Positions 62,516 to 64,000 of a stretch of DNA of 64,000 nucleotides are shown in pieces. Each line of letters opens with the position of its first letter. The first letter of the stretch is position 1. Under the pieces are notes generated by a model. The model saw nothing but the letters and a program-made list of their open reading frames with translations. It was not told where the DNA came from and ran no database searches. A program made the position numbers and the translations under genes. The DNA is from Chiloscyllium plagiosum (Eukaryota): assembly GCF_004010195.1 (NCBI RefSeq), contig NC_057719.1, positions 6,614,517-6,678,516 of the forward strand, given 5' to 3'.

Positions 62516-64000
62516 GACTTGTTCGAGTTGGAGAGTACAAAGGTATGGAATGAGATAGAGACTATAGAAGGATTTGGAAGCACGGACATGAATTTTAAAA
62601 CAGAGGCATTACTGGATCAGGAGTGTGTGCCAGTTAGTGAGCACAGAAACCCAGAGTTGTTACAGTGCTGAAGCAGGCCATTCAGCGCATCGTGACTGCA
62701 CCGTGGAGGTGAAGACTGATTCCAGTTTCGGCAGCAGAGCCTTGGATGAATTCTTGTTTGTGGAGTGTGTTGGAATTGAAACTCTGTTGCATTGAGATCA
62801 ATCCCTCACTCCCTTTTTCCATGAGGCTGGATCAGAGCTGAGTTCGCAAAAGATGGTTTGATGAATTTGTTTTGGACAGCAGATGGCAGCCTCTCACTTC
62901 TGTCAAAGTGGAAGTTAGGTTCTAATTGAGAAGCCTCTGAGCAAGATCTTGCATTTTATCAATAGGACAAGTGAAGATTATTCATGGGCTGCTTCCCTCC
63001 TGTTATTAATTTTTGAATAGACCCATCAAATTTCAAATCCAATGTTGATCTTGCTATTTGCAACCTCTGCAGCCAAACTTTGTATTTCTCGCTCTGTTGT
63101 ATCATCCTATGATCTTTGTATGTTACGATCTGTCTGTACTGCATGCAAAACAAAGCTTTTCACTGTACCTAGGTACATGTGACAATAATAAATCAAATCA
63201 AAACAAAAGAGTTGGGACTGCGCAGCAGCCTGAAGATCCTTCGCAACAACAACATTCCGATTGGCTGATTGTATGTTGTCCCAAAGTGTGTCACAGGAGT
63301 GTCATCAGACACATTTTGACACTGAGCAATGTGTGACAACAGTGCCAAGTGCCCAGAAACCTGGGGAAAGAGCAGGGTTTATGCATTTTCGGGGAACCCA
63401 TTGATAAAAGCACAGCCATCAGTGGTGAAGCAATTAAAATCTGGAATATACTAAACCTGGAGGGAAGCAGAGATTCTTGAGGGGTTTGCAAGCAATGAAG
63501 AGAATTTGTAAATTGAACCATTGGTGTACTGGGAGTCAGTGCACAGATTTCCTGTGTATTCGTTCAGGGAATGTGACAAGGCCAGTGTTTATTGGGTGAG
63601 GCCACTTATCGAATACTGCGTACAATTCTGGTCATCCTGCTCTGTGAAGGAGAATACAGAAAAGATTTACAAGGATCTTGCCGGCATTGGAGGGTATGAG
63701 CTATTGGAAGAGGTTGAATAGGCTGGGCTCCCCCCCCCCCCCCAGTCGAGTGTCAGAGGCTCAGGGGTGACCTCCTAGAAGTTTATAAAATCATGAGGGG
63801 TATGGATAGGTCTCTTTTCCAGGGTAGGGGACTCCAAAACTAGAGGACATAGGGGTAAGGCGAGAGGGGAAAGATTTAAAAAGGACCTGAGGGGTCTTCA
63901 CACAGAGGGTGGTGTGTGTATGGAATGAGCTGCCAGAGAAAGTGGTGTAGACTTGTACAATTACAACATTTAAAAGGCATCTGGATGAGTATATGAATAG

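Overview
Vertebrate genomic DNA, most likely from an elasmobranch (shark). The inference rests on HE1-type tRNA-derived SINEs and shark-type CR1 LINEs. The window is very repeat-rich and has five N-gaps. Host genes: (i) the 5' half of TDP1 on the minus strand, seven coding exons from ATG 36323 down to 3117, including the first HKN catalytic motif and continuing beyond the left edge; (ii) the first two coding exons of EFCAB11 on the plus strand (46112-46189, 60140-60235), head-to-head with TDP1 as in mammals; (iii) an intact, intronless, CpG-rich MRPL51 ORF (53429-53845, minus), nested antisense in the EFCAB11 intron and probably a retrocopy. Most of the rest is CR1 LINEs (one near full length), SINEs, a probable solo LTR, a 43-bp minisatellite and Penelope-like elements (PLEs). 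The most striking non-gene signal is a dense population of minimal hammerhead ribozyme motifs (CTGAnGA-stem-GAAA-palindromic helix III) in at least three sequence families. They sit in PLE termini and in 130-225 bp mini-insertions with 9-17 bp target-site duplications, many of which are palindromic. Gene identities come from my recollection of the human orthologues, not from a database search. Repeat boundaries are approximate.
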